Shown here one piece after another: positions 42,492 through 42,882 of a stretch of 42,882 bases of DNA. The position numbers and the translations under genes were made by a program. Source of the stretch: Candidatus Infernicultor aquiphilus. GTDB lineage: Bacteria; Atribacterota; Phoenicimicrobiia; Phoenicimicrobiales; Phoenicimicrobiaceae. Every line of letters starts with the position of its first letter. Within the stretch, counting starts at the first letter, position 1. The notes below the pieces were generated by a model, which worked only from the letters and a program-made list of their open reading frames with translations, was not told where the DNA came from and made no database searches. The stretch is taken from positions 1 through 42,882 of the forward strand of contig MNYY01000051.1 of NCBI GenBank assembly GCA_001873345.1. The letters are read 5' to 3'.

Positions 42492-42496
42492 GAGAT

Positions 42497-42616
42497 AATT
42501 GACCAATTCGCCAATTCTCCGATTAACCAATTAGTCAATTCACCAATTGACCAATTAATCAATTTACCAATTGACCAATTAATCAATTTACCAATTGACC
42601 AATTCACCAATTAACC
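42497..42616 (-). repeat. Module M1 octamer array, reverse complement: 15 phased octamers (AATTNNCC)
   Basis: It starts 6 nt after the bamA stop. The internal 24-bp period (AATTTACC AATTGACC AATTAATC) mirrors the pfkA-upstream array. Confidence 0.95.
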
Positions 42617-42625
42617 AAAAAATTC

Positions 42626-42696
42626 GTAGGACAGGTGTCTCGCCTGTCTATTAGTCGTTAGTCATTGCGAGCTTTGATTTATCGAAGCGTGGCAAT
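42626..42696 (-). repeat. Inverted copy of H4 + M4 + M9 composite
   Basis: GTAGGACAGGTGTCTCGCCTGTCTA TTAGTCGTTA GTCATTGCGAGCTTTGATTTATCGAAGCGTGGCAAT. It is the reverse complement of 30711-30781 with a few substitutions. Confidence 0.9.
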
Positions 42697-42882
42697 CTCT
42701 TTATTCAACTAAAAAATTAAAGCAAAAAGCGAAAAATTATAATTTAAAATTTAAAACTTTTTCTCTTGTATATCGTATAATATATTGAGTATTACGATTA
42801 TTAGAGTACAGGATATGTAGAAGTCGGATTTATCCAACAAAAGACGCAATATGCAATACTATATAAAAAATTTAAGGAGGAG

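Overview
This is an AT-rich bacterial chromosomal window, roughly one-third G+C by eye. Every credible gene (about 39 CDS and 5 tRNAs) lies on the + strand.

Gene content, left to right:
- An NAD-linked, Cys-type formate dehydrogenase module: a fused NuoE/NuoF-like flavoprotein, FdhA, the FocA channel, MobA and FdhD.
- A YqgF/RuvX-like ORF.
- The [NiFe]-hydrogenase maturation genes hypB-hypF-hypC-hypD-(RAYT)-hypE. No hypA and no hydrogenase structural gene is in view.
- An AMMECR1 plus AmmeMemoRadiSam radical-SAM pair, then mreBC and an M16 peptidase.
- A Firmicutes-style housekeeping run: DUF951, rpsF, rpsR, yybS, rplI, dnaB, tRNA-Lys/Glu/Val/Thr, rsmA, spoVG, tRNA-Gln, glmU, prs, rplY/ctc, pth, pfkA, mfd and mazG.
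- tamB-bamA at the right end, which implies a diderm envelope.

I recognised no phage, CRISPR, defence or toxin-antitoxin module.

The unusual signal is non-coding. From about 7.7 kb onward, most intergenic spacers are built from a small shared vocabulary of low-complexity modules. These are degenerate tandem repeats with a 7- or 8-bp period, accompanied by GC-rich hairpins bracketed by GTAG/CTAC.
- Module order and orientation are anchored to the flanking stop and start codons, so whole spacers become long imperfect palindromes.
- One hairpin family is a classical REP/REPIN system with its RAYT transposase inserted between hypD and hypE.
- REP DNA also supplies the last codons and stop codons of two genes.
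- REP DNA encodes an internal segment of the RAYT protein itself.

Several six-frame ORF starts run into these repeats and have been trimmed. The taxon cannot be assigned from the sequence alone.
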